Translations under genes and position numbers: made by a program
Shown here: positions 28,341 to 41,356 of the stretch, in pieces
Numbering within the stretch: the first letter of the stretch is position 1
Layout of the letters: every line of letters begins with the position of its first letter
Assembly (NCBI GenBank): GCA_964016885.1
Contig: OZ024742.1
Location: 149,978,001 to 150,042,000 of the forward strand
DNA from: Eledone cirrhosa
Lineage: Eukaryota
Length of the DNA: 64,000 nucleotides
Direction of reading: 5' to 3'
The notes under the pieces: generated by a model
Told to the model about the DNA's origin: nothing
The model's database searches: none
Seen by the model: only the letters and a program-made list of their open reading frames with translations

Positions 28341-29099
28341 GCCTGATGTTCAAATCCCGCCGAGGACAACTTTGCTTTTCATCTTTTCATGTTCGATAAA
28401 ATAAAATACCAGTCCACGGTAATGGATTGCAGATATTGTTAAAATGTATGATGAGATGCATTGCAGTATTTGCTACGGTTCTATGCATTATGAGTTCTTG
28501 GATTTTTCTTCTCCGTCCTCTTATTCCTGAGAGGGTGGTGGGGGAAGTGTCTTCAAACACTGCTTCTAGCGGGTCCTGTCAGAAGCAACCGTCTCCTACT
28601 GATCCGGCTGGATCCCCAAGCGGGACCAGCCAAGCTCATGGATGTTACCCAACCATCTTACTTGGGGGGTCTACCCCTGAGTCACCAGTCGGTTGGTTTT
28701 GCTCGGATGCCAGACTTAATTCTCCACCTTGTCTTTACACTACTACATTATTGTGTTCTTTAGGTTTCTTTAGCGGCGTTCACTTCCTTGTAAGCATTTT
28801 GAAGAAGGTCTCCGATTTGATGATAACTTCCTCCCTTTCCCTGAAAAAAAAAGGTGGGGTTCACGGTAGCCGCCCTTCATAACAACACTACCCCTACCCA
28901 ACCAAAGCTTTGTAATTGGAATCTGTCTGATGAGGTGTACTTGATCTTACGAGGACAACTTCATCCGTTTTCCACTTCTACACAACCATCTGATCACTGA
29001 GTGTCCTTAACATGGTCTACTCTGTTGTAAGAATTCAGACTAAATCTCCAGTCTAGGAATAATCGCACATACACAACACTCACGCATATTTATATATAA

Positions 29100-29878
<779 letters not shown>

Positions 29879-30251
29879 CGTGTGTGGGTGTGTGGGTGTC
29901 CTATGGCATGGTCTACAGAACATTTCACGATTGATATGAACTCCATTCGGCATCTTATTCCCTGTCTCATTGTAGAACGCCTTTGAGACATCTACTGTTG
30001 ATGTTGACCTTCACATCAAATGGGAAGGGAGGCTGCTCAGTCTCTCCAAGTAAATACAATCACCAAAGTACTTGAAGTACTTGTCAGGGACTTATTATTT
30101 GCAGACTGCGTTGCACTGACAGTACACACCGAGGAACAATTCCAACTCGTTATGGATAACTTCCAAAGAGCCAGTCAGAGTTCAATCTGACTTTCAACCT
30201 GAAAAAGAGCAATTGTTGGGTCAAGGTGGTAAGCACCCTACTCTCTTGCCA

Positions 30252-30850
30252 TCTCTATATATAACATTGAGGATGTCTGTGTGTGTGAGTTTGAATCCCT
30301 AAAACTCGAGAAGTACCTAACCAACTTTTTTCAAACTTTACATGTATATTACTTATGTTTCAGGGAGTGTTATGCACATAAGAAAATTTAACTTTTTGAT
30401 CCCCTAGAGCCCACATTAGGTGAAAAACTGCGTTTTTTTCAGCTTTTTAGGGGTTTTTTGAGGCATTACGTCAGACCGATTTCCTTGAAATTGTAATTAT
30501 GTATTAGTCAGTCTCTTCTTCATACCGTGAGCAAAGAAAATCCAACCTTTTTATGGCCTAGGGCCCGCATTAGGGGAAAAACTTTATTTTTTCAGCTTTT
30601 TATGGCTTTTTTGAGGCGTTACATCTAGCCGACTTTCCAGAAATTTCAAGGCATATTATGCACATAAAAAAAATTCATTTTCTTGATCCCCTAGGGCCCG
30701 CATTAGGTGAAAACCTGCATTTTTCCTGCTTCATCGAGGAAAATCTTAAAGATTATCCAGCCATCAGAGTATTCGGTTTATTTTCCAGGCATGAAGTTTT
30801 CCCACGTTCCAAAATACCTTATCCCGTGCAACGCCGGGTACCACTGCTAG
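30252..30850 (+). mobile_element. Non-autonomous Helitron
   Basis: 5' TC, 3' CTAG, subterminal hairpin CCCGTGCAACGCCGGG, inserted between A and T, no TSD; three internal CCTAGGGCCCGCATTAGG-like repeats. Confidence 0.88.
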
Positions 30851-30854
30851 TCAT

Positions 30855-31450
30855 GAATAAATGTGAGCTTGGGTAGTCCACGTGGTCACGTACTTTAGCT
30901 CTACTATCTGGGACAACCTCCTTCTAGAGTCCTGAGATCAACAGATATATTGAATGAGCAGCACCAACATTCAGTAGGTTAAAAAGAATCTGGGAGAGTA
31001 ACAAGTTAGCGCACACGAAAGTCGTAAGCTACAGAGCGTAACTCCTCAAAAGATTACTTTACGGTTGCGAGACTTGGATTTTCTACTGTAGATATAAACA
31101 GCGTCTTGCATCTTGGTGACTGAATTATCAACAACGAGGTTCTGGTCCACGCCAAGATACCTAATTTCTTCATCTTACTCAAACAATGATTTCTCTACTA
31201 ACTGACAAGATTTCGAAAGAGACTCACGAAATCATGAAATGTAGGACATTGCGAGAGAGCACTTTCACTAGAGGCTGGAACTAGGCAGAGGTTTAAAAGG
31301 AGTAAGTGCAAAGCTGCGAGTTACGGTTGAAGAAACGCACAATCGTCTAATAAAACATACCAAGATAAGCCTGGGAGATGGTGCAGCAAGGAATGCCACA
31401 TATGTGTGGATCTTCGCAACCACTGCAAACGTACATCAGCTAACAAGATC
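30855..31450 (+). mobile_element. Degenerate RTE (BovB-like) LINE fragment
   Basis: TYFSSTI...EINR...FSRLKRIWE..KL..TKVVSYRA..LLYGCETW read across stops and frameshifts. Confidence 0.7.
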
Positions 31451-33701
31451 GAAGCAAAATTTTCTAGGTGCAGATCTAGTGAATACAGTGAAACAGTGAT
31501 ACTGGTGTGTCCTCAGATATATGCTTATTCCACACATACTAAAGTATCATTGAAGTCGAGTAAATCATTTCAATTACTTCTTCATGAAATGCACATTTGC
31601 ACATACGCCCCTTCTCATCTTCAAAACGTCCAACTGTACCAACTCAGATTATTCATAATATAAACATGTAGTTACACATCACTAAGAACTTCACGAGCCT
31701 TCATAGAGTTCAATGAAATTGTATTTCCCAGCTAATTTGTTGTCGTTTAACCCCGATAAAGCAGATTTATGATCAATGCATTCTAACCGTTATCCCGTCT
31801 TTTTAGAAGTAAATAGAAGTATCATAAAATAGACCCTTCATTTTGTCAAGATGGTAGGATGTTGTTTAGAGAAAATTTGACTAATATTGCCTGCATGTCT
31901 GGTGACTATGTGAACGTTTTTCTCTTGGCTCATTTTCGAATAGTTTGTACATATAGTTCAAGAGATTTTAGTACATGCAGTTTAAAAGATTTTACTATAG
32001 CTAGAATCTACTCTTTTCTTCATATTGTCCAAGTGTCATATTGTGAAATTTCTATTCAGATTAATAAATACATTAACACTGAGCATTTAACAAACCTATT
32101 TCTAACAACAGTCACAATGGAATACACCCAGGTAAGTGTTGTCAAGTGATAGAGATGAATTAATGAGTAGCTGATGAAAATTTACAATGGCTTACATACG
32201 ATGAAAGGCAATGAATACAATGGCTTTCATACGATGAAAAGGGCTCAAAATACCTTTCATAAAACAATGAGTCTTCAGCGTTGGAAGTGCTGACTGGAAA
32301 GGAGCCGTTTCTGCTCTAAACACTAATTTATTATAGTGGACAAGTTAAGACAAATTATGAACGGAACCTAACTACGATCTTCATGTGGATGCCATCTACG
32401 AGTTCGTTATTCTCTAAAAAACTTTATTTTCCCCATACCAACCATTGTAAAATATTGTACATTTTACTCAGTGATCCTTTCATTGCTACTTCGGCAAGTA
32501 AAGTCAAGCCCGTGCTCTGCTTACGAGGTTATAAGACGACCATGTACCGTGTTGTTAACCAAGCTTGCCTATAAATGAAAAATAATATAAATCATTGACT
32601 AATATTATTTTGGTTTTCCTCACTGCATAATTATTACAAGTTTGTTAATGACACATGCATTAAATGCGTTAACATTAACTTAATTGCCATCGACAAAGCT
32701 TAGTTACTGGAATATAATGGAATATTACTTTTATATCTAGTTAGGGCAACACCTTCGATAACTGACCACATTTAGAAAGAAGCTATTTATCTAAGCAATT
32801 AGAATACCGTTTATAAAATTTGTCCAATTATATGATTACACATGAAACCATGCCATCAATAATAACGATAATAGCGATATGCGTATTTATGTTTTTGAAT
32901 CCAGGATTGACAATCCATATATTCCAGGATTACCGGTCATATGTACAATCAAACAAATTACAAAATATGAGTTCTGATAAGTTAAAAAGTTGCATAAGAG
33001 AAACGGGGAAGTGATTTGAGATACAAATGATATTTTAAGGATTTATTTTTAGGATATAATTACATAAAATGGTCAGCATATATTTAAAAAATGACATACA
33101 GGATTAAATGTCGGAGTATATTTAGAAAAATAACTATTTACAGATACAAATATATGGTTAGGGCATTTTACTTGGAAAGCGAACTTATTGTAGTAACATG
33201 ACTGAGATATGAAATGCATTGTGTACTGTATGTAAGCATGTGTAAATTTTAAAGAGTTACACACATACACAGCTGTATACATATCCTATTAGTATGAATG
33301 ATCTCTATTTCTGCTATCTTCAGGCATCTTCAACAAACAACCAGATTGTAAATTTCACCGCAAGTTGGGATTCGATCCAATGTCACATCTCTTTTTTCCA
33401 AATAATCTTCTAAGAAAGGAAACCAATCGTTAGATCTGACCAGAAAAGCTGTGTCTTTTTTAGTCTTTCCATTGCTGATACTATCTGCCAATCACAACAG
33501 TGAAGCTAAAATCCGATAGTTTGAAGTAACTTGAGTACGGCTGGACATAAAGTCACGATTTTCCTACTCAAATAGGATGCCAGTTGCAATTTTTTTAAAA
33601 CTATTAAATCAAGAAGCGTTTTGTACGCAATGTTGTTATTTTCTTCTATATAAAACTGGTAAATAAAAAATATATGTTCCTTTCTTATATTATTGAATAG
33701 G

Positions 33702-33890
33702 GCGGTGGATTGGCAGTATCAGTAGAGAGTCGGACGCCATGCTTTCCAGCATAGTTACGTCCCTTTACGGTCTGTGTTCAAATCCCGCCGAGGTTAACTT
33801 TGCCTTTCATCCTTACGGGGTCGATAAAATAAGTACCAGTAATGTACTGAGTAATTGCTGGCCCTGTGCCAAAAGTAGAAACAATTATTG
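33702..33890 (+). mobile_element. tRNA-derived SINE with TSD
   Basis: Full copy; TSD ATTATTGAATAG. Confidence 0.93.
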
Positions 33891-34500
33891 AATAGATTGT
33901 GTTTTCTGCACACACATATATATGTATACACCCATACATATATATCTACATATATATCTACATATATATATATATATGTATGTATATATATATATATATA
34001 TATATATTATGTCAGGTCACCAGTTGGTGCTACTGGTAACATGTATTCCAGTACAACCTGTCCCATGGTCGGGTCGTTGGCGACTAAACTGGCAACCCCA
34101 CCAAGGTTTCTTGGTGAGGAGGGTGACTTTGGACATCCTGCAGGACTAAAAACAAAACCTGTCAAAAGGCAAAGGAGCTCTTAAGAGTCAATGGCCATCC
34201 AAAATCACCGGGAGAGATGACCCCTTAGCCTTTGTCAAGGCAGAATTCTAGGAGAAGGAAAACTCTGATATAACACCTGCAACCCTGATGGTATCCAATG
34301 ATGTTGACTTGTTCTTCTTTTTGGTAAATATCATCTTGGTTAAGAGAGTGGGACTGGCTTTGTGCAGTGCCTTTGCTCACTATAAAAGCTTCACGGCACA
34401 GGCATTGCTTTATATCTGGAGATCTCTCTGCATTTGTCGTTACATGGTACCATGGGCCCAGCACTATGTGTCAATAATTGTCACAAGTGTAGTGTTTGTA

Positions 34501-34559
34501 CCAGAGCTTTCAAGTCGCTGGCTGGACTAAAAAGTCACACTCGTTCAGCGCATCAGTAG
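34501..34559 (-). ncRNA. Degenerate hammerhead-like motif in a (TA)n-adjacent element
   Basis: Minus strand: CTA-CTGATGc...GAAA-GC-TC-TGG; palindromic AGCT stem III; A9 non-canonical. Confidence 0.4.
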
Positions 34560-34618
34560 GGGTTCTCCTACATGGATATAAAGTAGTGGCCGTACTCGAA
34601 AACGAGTTGGCAGCCACC

Positions 34619-34670
<52 letters not shown>

Positions 34671-34700
34671 GTATATATATATATGTATATACATATATAC

Positions 34701-34752
<52 letters not shown>

Positions 34753-34975
34753 TACACACACATATACATATAAATATATAATAATAATAATTGTTTCTAC
34801 TTTTGGCACAACGCCAGCAAATAACTATTACCAGTAATGTACTGGTACATTACTGGTACTTATTTTATCGATCACGTAAGGATGAAATAGTACCAATAAT
34901 GTACTGGGTAATTGCCGGCCTTGTGCCAAGAGTAGAAACAATTATTATTATTATTATTATTATATATATATATAC

Positions 34976-35009
<34 letters not shown>

Positions 35010-35010
<1 letters not shown>

Positions 35011-35320
35011 CTTTCTTTATTAACCACAAGGGTTTACACAAAGTAGACATTAAGGACAGTACAATACAGGACGGTACAAATGGGCATTTCTGCGTGTAAA
35101 AAAACAAAAAACAGAGGATGTAACAAAAAAGAAACAATGAAAAATTCCCCAATAGAGGGGAGACTTCCGAGGGCCATCGTGGAGAAAGCCCATTAAAAAA
35201 GCCACGGTGACCCTGACCACCAGGGCAAGTGCCCTCTCCCAGTTTTCCACCTTCAATTTACAGGCACATACTCAGGCACACACTCGGGCCATTCTTGCCT
35301 CTCTCACCCATCTTTCAACA
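35010..35320 (-). mobile_element. Tx1/L1-type LINE 3' end, homologous to 12370-12680
   Basis: Clear alignment to 12370-12680; long (AAT)n at the left. Confidence 0.75.
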
Positions 35321-35323
35321 AAA

Positions 35324-35885
35324 TATATAAGGGAACAAAGAATCGGTGTTGCATCATATAGATATTTAATTACATATTACATATGTTTCACTGTCGATCA
35401 GCTCGAGGAACGATCGACAGATCGACAGATATGTGTTCAACACATATCGGAGGAGCTTCCAATTCCAGAGTCAGGCTTGATCATTAATCCATCGTTCCTT
35501 GAGCTGATCGACAGTGAAACATATGTAATATGTAATTAAATATGTGTATGATGCAACACTGATTCTTTGTTCCCTTATATATTATTCTTATTGATACTCT
35601 GCTCCCCACGGTGGATTGGCAGTGTCGGTAGAGCGTCTGACGCCATGCTTTGCAGCATGGAGTTACGGGCCTTTACGATCTGAGTTCAAATCCCGCCGAG
35701 GTTAACTTTGCCTTTCATCCTTACGGGGTCGATAAAATAAAGTACCAGTAAAGCACTGGAATAATTGCTGGCCTTGTGCCAAAAGTAGAAACAATTACTG
35801 ATACTCTGCTCACTACGAGCATCGAATGCTCATATCGGCATACCGCCTACGAACGCAATTAATTTGTACCTTTGATACCTTTATA
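35324..35885 (+). mobile_element. Family E fold-back element (hammerhead 3' half GAAACATATGTA), interrupted by a SINE
   Basis: ~90-bp inverted arms 35324-35414 / 35491-35582. Confidence 0.7.
35605..35798 (+). mobile_element. tRNA-derived SINE with 13-bp TSD
   Basis: TSD TGATACTCTGCTC at 35592-35604 and 35799-35811. Confidence 0.93.
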
Positions 35886-35916
35886 AAAATGTGTGTATAT
35901 ATATACGTGTGTGTGT

Positions 35917-35959
<43 letters not shown>

Positions 35960-35971
35960 CCTGCGTGTGTG

Positions 35972-36330
35972 TAATCATGAAATACAAGTCAACGGGTTAT
36001 AATTCACCTTATTCATAATCGCTGTTATATATATTTCGGTGATAACTGTTATGCAACAATTATGACCTCATCAGACAACTAGAAGTTAAACAGGAAAAAA
36101 ACAGAAAAACATGAAGAAATAAAATGTTACCGATGCTTTGAGAAAGCAACACCAAAAATCAGCTCGGGCCATATAAATGAACCGAAACAACAGTAGTAAT
36201 TATGAATAAATGAAGTTAATTATAACCCGTTGACCATGATTATGATTATACACCGGAGTAAACAGAGCAACTTGTCTACTTCGTTGAGTGCTCAACCCTG
36301 CATACAAAAGTGTCGTTGATCAACTAACAC
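35972..36330. mobile_element. Family I imperfect fold-back element with a hammerhead (minus strand 36021-36080)
   Basis: GTTGT-CTGATGA-GGTCATAATTGTT..AACAGTTATCACC-GAAA-TATATATAAC; outer arms GTCAACGGGTTATAATT / AATTATAACCCGTTGAC. Confidence 0.65.
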
Positions 36331-36342
36331 ACACTTTAATTA

Positions 36343-36975
36343 CACCGTGTAACAAACAAAAAAAAATTTTCTGTTCCTGGCTTGTAATCACTTTTTTTGT
36401 GTTGCTTAGGTCCCAAATAAATAAAAAAGTGCTATTAAACAGTTAAAAGTTTGAGTTTGTAAAAATTCTATTCACTAGAATTATTTGTATGCCGGATTTT
36501 ACGTTGTACGTAAGTTTAATTTGCTTATGTTAAATGATTTTTTTATGATGTTTCCGGTTAAATTAAAATTATAAAATAAAGAGTAATCCCTAAAGAAAAT
36601 TATAAAAGTGCAATAATGTATAAAATTGTTAAAAAGTGAATTAAAGAGATTTATTGATACTGGATTTTCTTACCCTGAATAAAGGGTAAGTTGTGTTTTA
36701 AGCACGAATTTTCATTAGTATGATTAGTGTTCTTTTATATTATTTAAATATGTATTTCCCTTTCCAATATTTATGTTGTATTGCATATCAAATTTATTTT
36801 CCAAGACAAGTATTCTGATGAAGTGGGAGAGATGGATGCTGAGGACTTGGATTACTTGCCTGAGGTACCAGAAAAAGTTCCTCACTTCCTAAACCAAAAA
36901 GAAGTCAATGACTTGGTCAGGGATATGGGTCTGACCAAGTCCAATGCAGAGCTATTCGTCTCCAGGATGAAGCGG
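36343..36975 (+). mobile_element. DNA transposon 5' remnant (Tc1/mariner-superfamily-like, tentative)
   Basis: TA-CACCGTGTAACAAA terminus; peptide PHFLNQKEVNDLVRDMGLTKSNAELFVSRMK matches a motif common in invertebrate transposases. Confidence 0.5.
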
Positions 36976-36984
36976 ACAACTATC

Positions 36985-37191
36985 TAGGAGACGACCTAGA
37001 GAACACAACAGAAGCTGCATGCTGGCCAACTGCCCCATAAATAACACAGACATATGCCATGAAGCATACGTCGTATACTGAGTCCATTGAAATGCAACAA
37101 CTTCTATATAGGTAGCACCACCAGACACCTACACATCAGGATTAAGGAACATATTAACACTAACGCTTCCACATTCAAGAAACACTTAGAT
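36985..37191 (+). mobile_element. PLE GIY-YIG endonuclease remnant
   Basis: YVVY...CNNFYIGSTTRHLHIRIKEH...KHL. Confidence 0.75.
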
Positions 37192-38124
37192 CTGTGATTC
37201 TCAACCAGTGTGCCGCGATATCTTCCTAAGTGTGCCGCGAAATTTTGAACGGCACACTAAGAAAATGCGAAAAACCACGTGATTCCAATTGAGTATTCAC
37301 AGTCTGTGGTGTAACATGCTGCACCACATAGCTTTGTTCATTTAGGGATGAGCGAAATGTTTACAAATATCGCAATGTTAAAAATTCTATATCTTTTATT
37401 GTTTCGTTCGTCATTAGTATTGATCATATGAATGGATATTGGTCAATACTTGTCTTAAGGTGGGACCCCCCCCCCCCCATCGGAAGAAAAGAAAATTATT
37501 ATATCATGCATCTTTTTTTCACTTTTATGGTAGAAAATGTACCTCTAAAACTGAGACAAATGATATATTTATTTTTCCTCTAGTCCTAATTTTTGCTGAG
37601 ATATGACCAAAAATGGTTGAAAAATAGCGCAATTTTCAGAGTTCTTTTGAGAAAATTCAAATAAGCTATGAAGATGATTTTTACATTTTTAGAATCAGAA
37701 AACCAGTCCTTGTATGGTAACAGAAGCCGTTTTTTTGATATTTTGGAAAAAATAAATTTTTTTCGTCATTAGTGTGCCGGGCAGTAAAAAAACCTGAAAA
37801 AAAATCACATTTTTTTCGATAAAAGTGAGTATAACATTTTTTTAAGGCAGAATTTAAAAAAAAGGCTTCTTTCACGATGAAACTGCTATTATGGGGAAGG
37901 TCTCGTCAAAATTTCAAGCAAATCTATCGAGTAGATTTTCTGGAAAGAGCTTTGAAATTTTGAAAAAATTGCCTGTAAAGATTAGGAACACAAATGTCAG
38001 CTTCTACCCAGATTTAAGTATACTGTTTGTCATCCTTACGGGGTCGATAAAATAAAGTACCAGTAATGCACTGGGTAATTGCTGGCTTTGTGCTTAAAGT
38101 AGAAACAATTATGATCAAAAACAG

Positions 38125-38472
38125 TCAGTCAATGATAGTGCACATACTTAAATATGGAATGTTACGCGATGCCCCCTCCCCAACCACGGCGGACAGGATG
38201 GAGAAGGCAAGGGAGACGCGCTGGAAAAGCCATTCCAACTCGCGGGGTTCACACCTGCGGTTGTCCAGCTCAGCGCCTATGATGGTGAGTAGGGAGGTAT
38301 CCCTAGGGCCGAGGACACCAGAAATCTCCACTGCCAAGGGCACGACCGCAAACCTGTCGGAGAGCTACCGGTATTTAAAGAGTTTGGCCTCCTCAGCCCG
38401 ACGTGTAGCAGAACCTGGGTTAGTCGCAGACTGCACCAGGCTGCGGCTGCAGAAAGTGTCGGTGCAAGTATG
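38125..38472 (-). mobile_element. CRE-type non-LTR retrotransposon C-terminal restriction-like endonuclease fragment
   Basis: TCTDTF...PGSATRRAEEAKLFKY..PLAVEISGVLGP...EPRELEWLFQRVS. Confidence 0.75.
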
Positions 38473-39106
38473 GTTCTATTGTGTTTACCTCTGTTTCGGA
38501 ATAATCTATGGATGATTCCGATGATTTAGCTCAGACTTCTCTGGTTCATGCTACTTAATTAGTCCATGTTAGCTTCCCTTTACATATATTTGCTTCAGCT
38601 CTATATGGCATAATTTCCTAATTTTCTGGTAGATTATCCCATCGGAAGAGTAAGTTTGGCCGCCATGTTTACATTGTGATGGGGGGAAGGCATAGTCACG
38701 TGTAGCCGAAAAGGAGGCTCGATGTGCATTTGCTTGTTCAATATGGGTCGATTTTCTGGCTTTTTACACTGGAGAGTTCCAGTGTTTCATCACCTTATGC
38801 TAATGAGGGAATAGTAGAGGTCTGTAGCTGTCTACTGGTGTGTGGAACATAGCAAGAATGGCAGATTGACGATGTGTTTTCAGTACTCAAACATTGACTA
38901 TTTTTGTGCGTAATACATCGAAAATTGATGATTTCCAGCTAGAAATGGTCTCATAAAACATCAATTTTAGGTAGGAATACATATTTTTATTGTTTTGCTG
39001 TTTTTGTACAAAAAAGAGAAGGCTTTGCAGGACCGAAAGACACTGTCATCTCAATATAGACAATCCTACCCAAAACTGTCATATTGATATTTCATGACCC
39101 TTTACA

Positions 39107-39720
39107 ATGGATAAATATATGAAAAGGAAAGATATTAGTAACGAGTCTAAGTCCAGAGCGGAACAGCCATCAACCTCTCTTGTCAAAAAGAGAAACATTA
39201 ATCGACAATATTGTGAAAAATATTTGAAATTTGGATTTTATTGGTCTGGTGACGTTAACAAACCAAGTCCATCATGCATATTGTGCGGTGAAACAATGTC
39301 AAATGAATCCATGGTACCAAGTAAGTTAGAAAGACATTTTAATTCAAAACATTCATCTCTGAAAGTTAAAAAGCTTGATTACTTTCAAAGAGTGTTAGAG
39401 CAGAAATCAAAACAGCGAAGTTATTTTGAAAAAATAATGACCGTGTCTGAACGAGCCCAACTAGCGTCAATTCAGGTGACTGAAATAATTGTTTCTACTT
39501 TTGGCACAAGGCCAGCAATTACTCAGTGCATTGCTGGTACTTTATTTTATCGACCCCGTAAGGATGAAAGGCAAAGTCAACCTGAAATAATAGCATTAAA
39601 ATCTAAATCCCACACGCTTGCTGAATCAGTCATCCTCCTAGCTTGCAAAAAGATGGTAAAATCTTTTTGGTGAAAATCTGTTTGGTGAAAAGGCTAAGAA
39701 AGAATTGAACAATATCACGA
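39107..39720 (+). pseudogene. Truncated Buster/Charlie (ZBED5/8-like) transposase N-terminus with BED finger
   Basis: RQYCEKYLKFGF...PSCILCGETMSNESMVPSKLERHFNSKH...KSHTLAESVIL; no DDE domain present. Confidence 0.88.
39487..39581 (-). mobile_element. 5'-truncated SINE inside the transposase
   Basis: TSD CTGAAATAAT at 39480 and 39582. Confidence 0.9.
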
Positions 39721-39921
39721 TTCTACCCAGGCATTTTTGAGTATTTGCGTGTGTGCTTACACACATACACACACGTATGCATACATGTGTGCATCAGCGT
39801 TATTTTATATTGGCATGCTATTCATAAGACTAAATGGTATGCGAATATAAAATAACGCACATGGCATCAGAACATAGCGTGTCATAAACGTACGCTACTA
39901 AAATACCAGCAAAGTTTACAC

Positions 39922-40200
39922 CAGGGGTTCTCAACCTTTTTTTCGCTGTGGACCACCTAAACTTTTAAATCTTTTGTAATAGAACTGCTAGAGACATTCT
40001 AACCACATGCCCATAGTATCAGAGCTGTGAACTCGAAATTTTCAAATATAATGGACATGTGTGTAATTAAACAAAATATTATATTAGTTACATTTTTGTG
40101 AAATGGCTACAATTTTTTTATGGCTACGAATTCTCTGTGGACCACTAGAAATGCTATGAGGACCACCGGTGGTCCACCTGGACCACGTTGAGAATCACTG
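39922..40200. mobile_element. hAT Charlie-type MITE
   Basis: CAGGGGTTCTCAAC / GTTGAGAATCACTG; perfect 8-bp TSD GTTTACAC. Confidence 0.92.
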
Positions 40201-40375
40201 GTTTACACGACATTTAAGTTAGCTGAACAAAGTTTGAAGGAGCCGACTATATCATAGGTATTGAGTTAGAAACTCAAAATGGTCTCTTACAATTAAATAG
40301 CTCAAATAAATAAATTTTTCTGAGCCGTGTAATATAATTGAATATAAAAGAGAGATAAACACAGATACAAGCATA

Positions 40376-40455
40376 CACGTGTTCAAATTGTAAGGGACTA
40401 AGTTGGCTATTTTTTTCACCCTAGCGAACTTGGTCCCTTACAATTTGAACACGTG
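40376..40455. mobile_element. Mariner-type palindromic mini-MITE
   Basis: TA-CACGTGTTCAAATTGTAAGGGAC ... GTCCCTTACAATTTGAACACGTG-TA. Confidence 0.7.
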
Positions 40456-40825
<370 letters not shown>

Positions 40826-41075
40826 TTTTGCGAGGTTTTTTTATATGAACTCGTGTGTCGAAACAAATATTGTTATACTTGGGGAGGGTCATATTTGTGT
40901 AATATTGCCAGAATTAATAACAGAACACACTCACTGTTTGGTTGGTTTTCGCTTCTCGCTTCTGTGTCTTTTATATCGGTAATCTAACTTACTCGGTCCT
41001 CAATGTTGCCATTGACTGACCGACGGTCAAAAATAATACAGATACAATATAGACACAAACACATATATATAGTTT

Positions 41076-41117
41076 ATCATAAATCTTTCGTTGCACATCT
41101 GCAACATCGTCAGTGGT
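41076..41117 (-). ncRNA. Minimal type I hammerhead in pLTR
   Basis: ACCA-CTGACGA-T-GTTGCA GATG TGCAAC-GAAA-GATT-TA-TGAT. Confidence 0.8.
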
Positions 41118-41356
41118 GTTATATCTTACTCCTGTTGTATTGTATGTCTACGCCATTTTTATTCAGTCTGTCTATATATTTATTTATTTATTTGCTTGTT
41201 TGTTTATTTTATTTTGTCTTCTTTCCGCATGCGTTTGCGTATGTGTATTGTGTTTTGTTTGCTGTGTGATGGGTGACTAGTGTGTGTTTATGTGCTTGTT
41301 GTTATTGTGCTTGTGTATGTATTTATTTATTTATTTATTTTATTTTATTTACTTAT

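Larger units (their letters stand above)
37192..39720 (+). mobile_element. hAT Buster/Charlie element 5' part with nested insertions
   Basis: CTGTGATTCTCAACCAGTGTGCCGCG terminus after an nnnTAnnn target (ACTTAGAT); transposase start at 39107; linkage of terminus and ORF is inferred. Confidence 0.55.

Noticed and set aside
39107-39673. Domesticated ZBED host gene
   Set aside because: Truncated before the catalytic domain and interrupted by a SINE.
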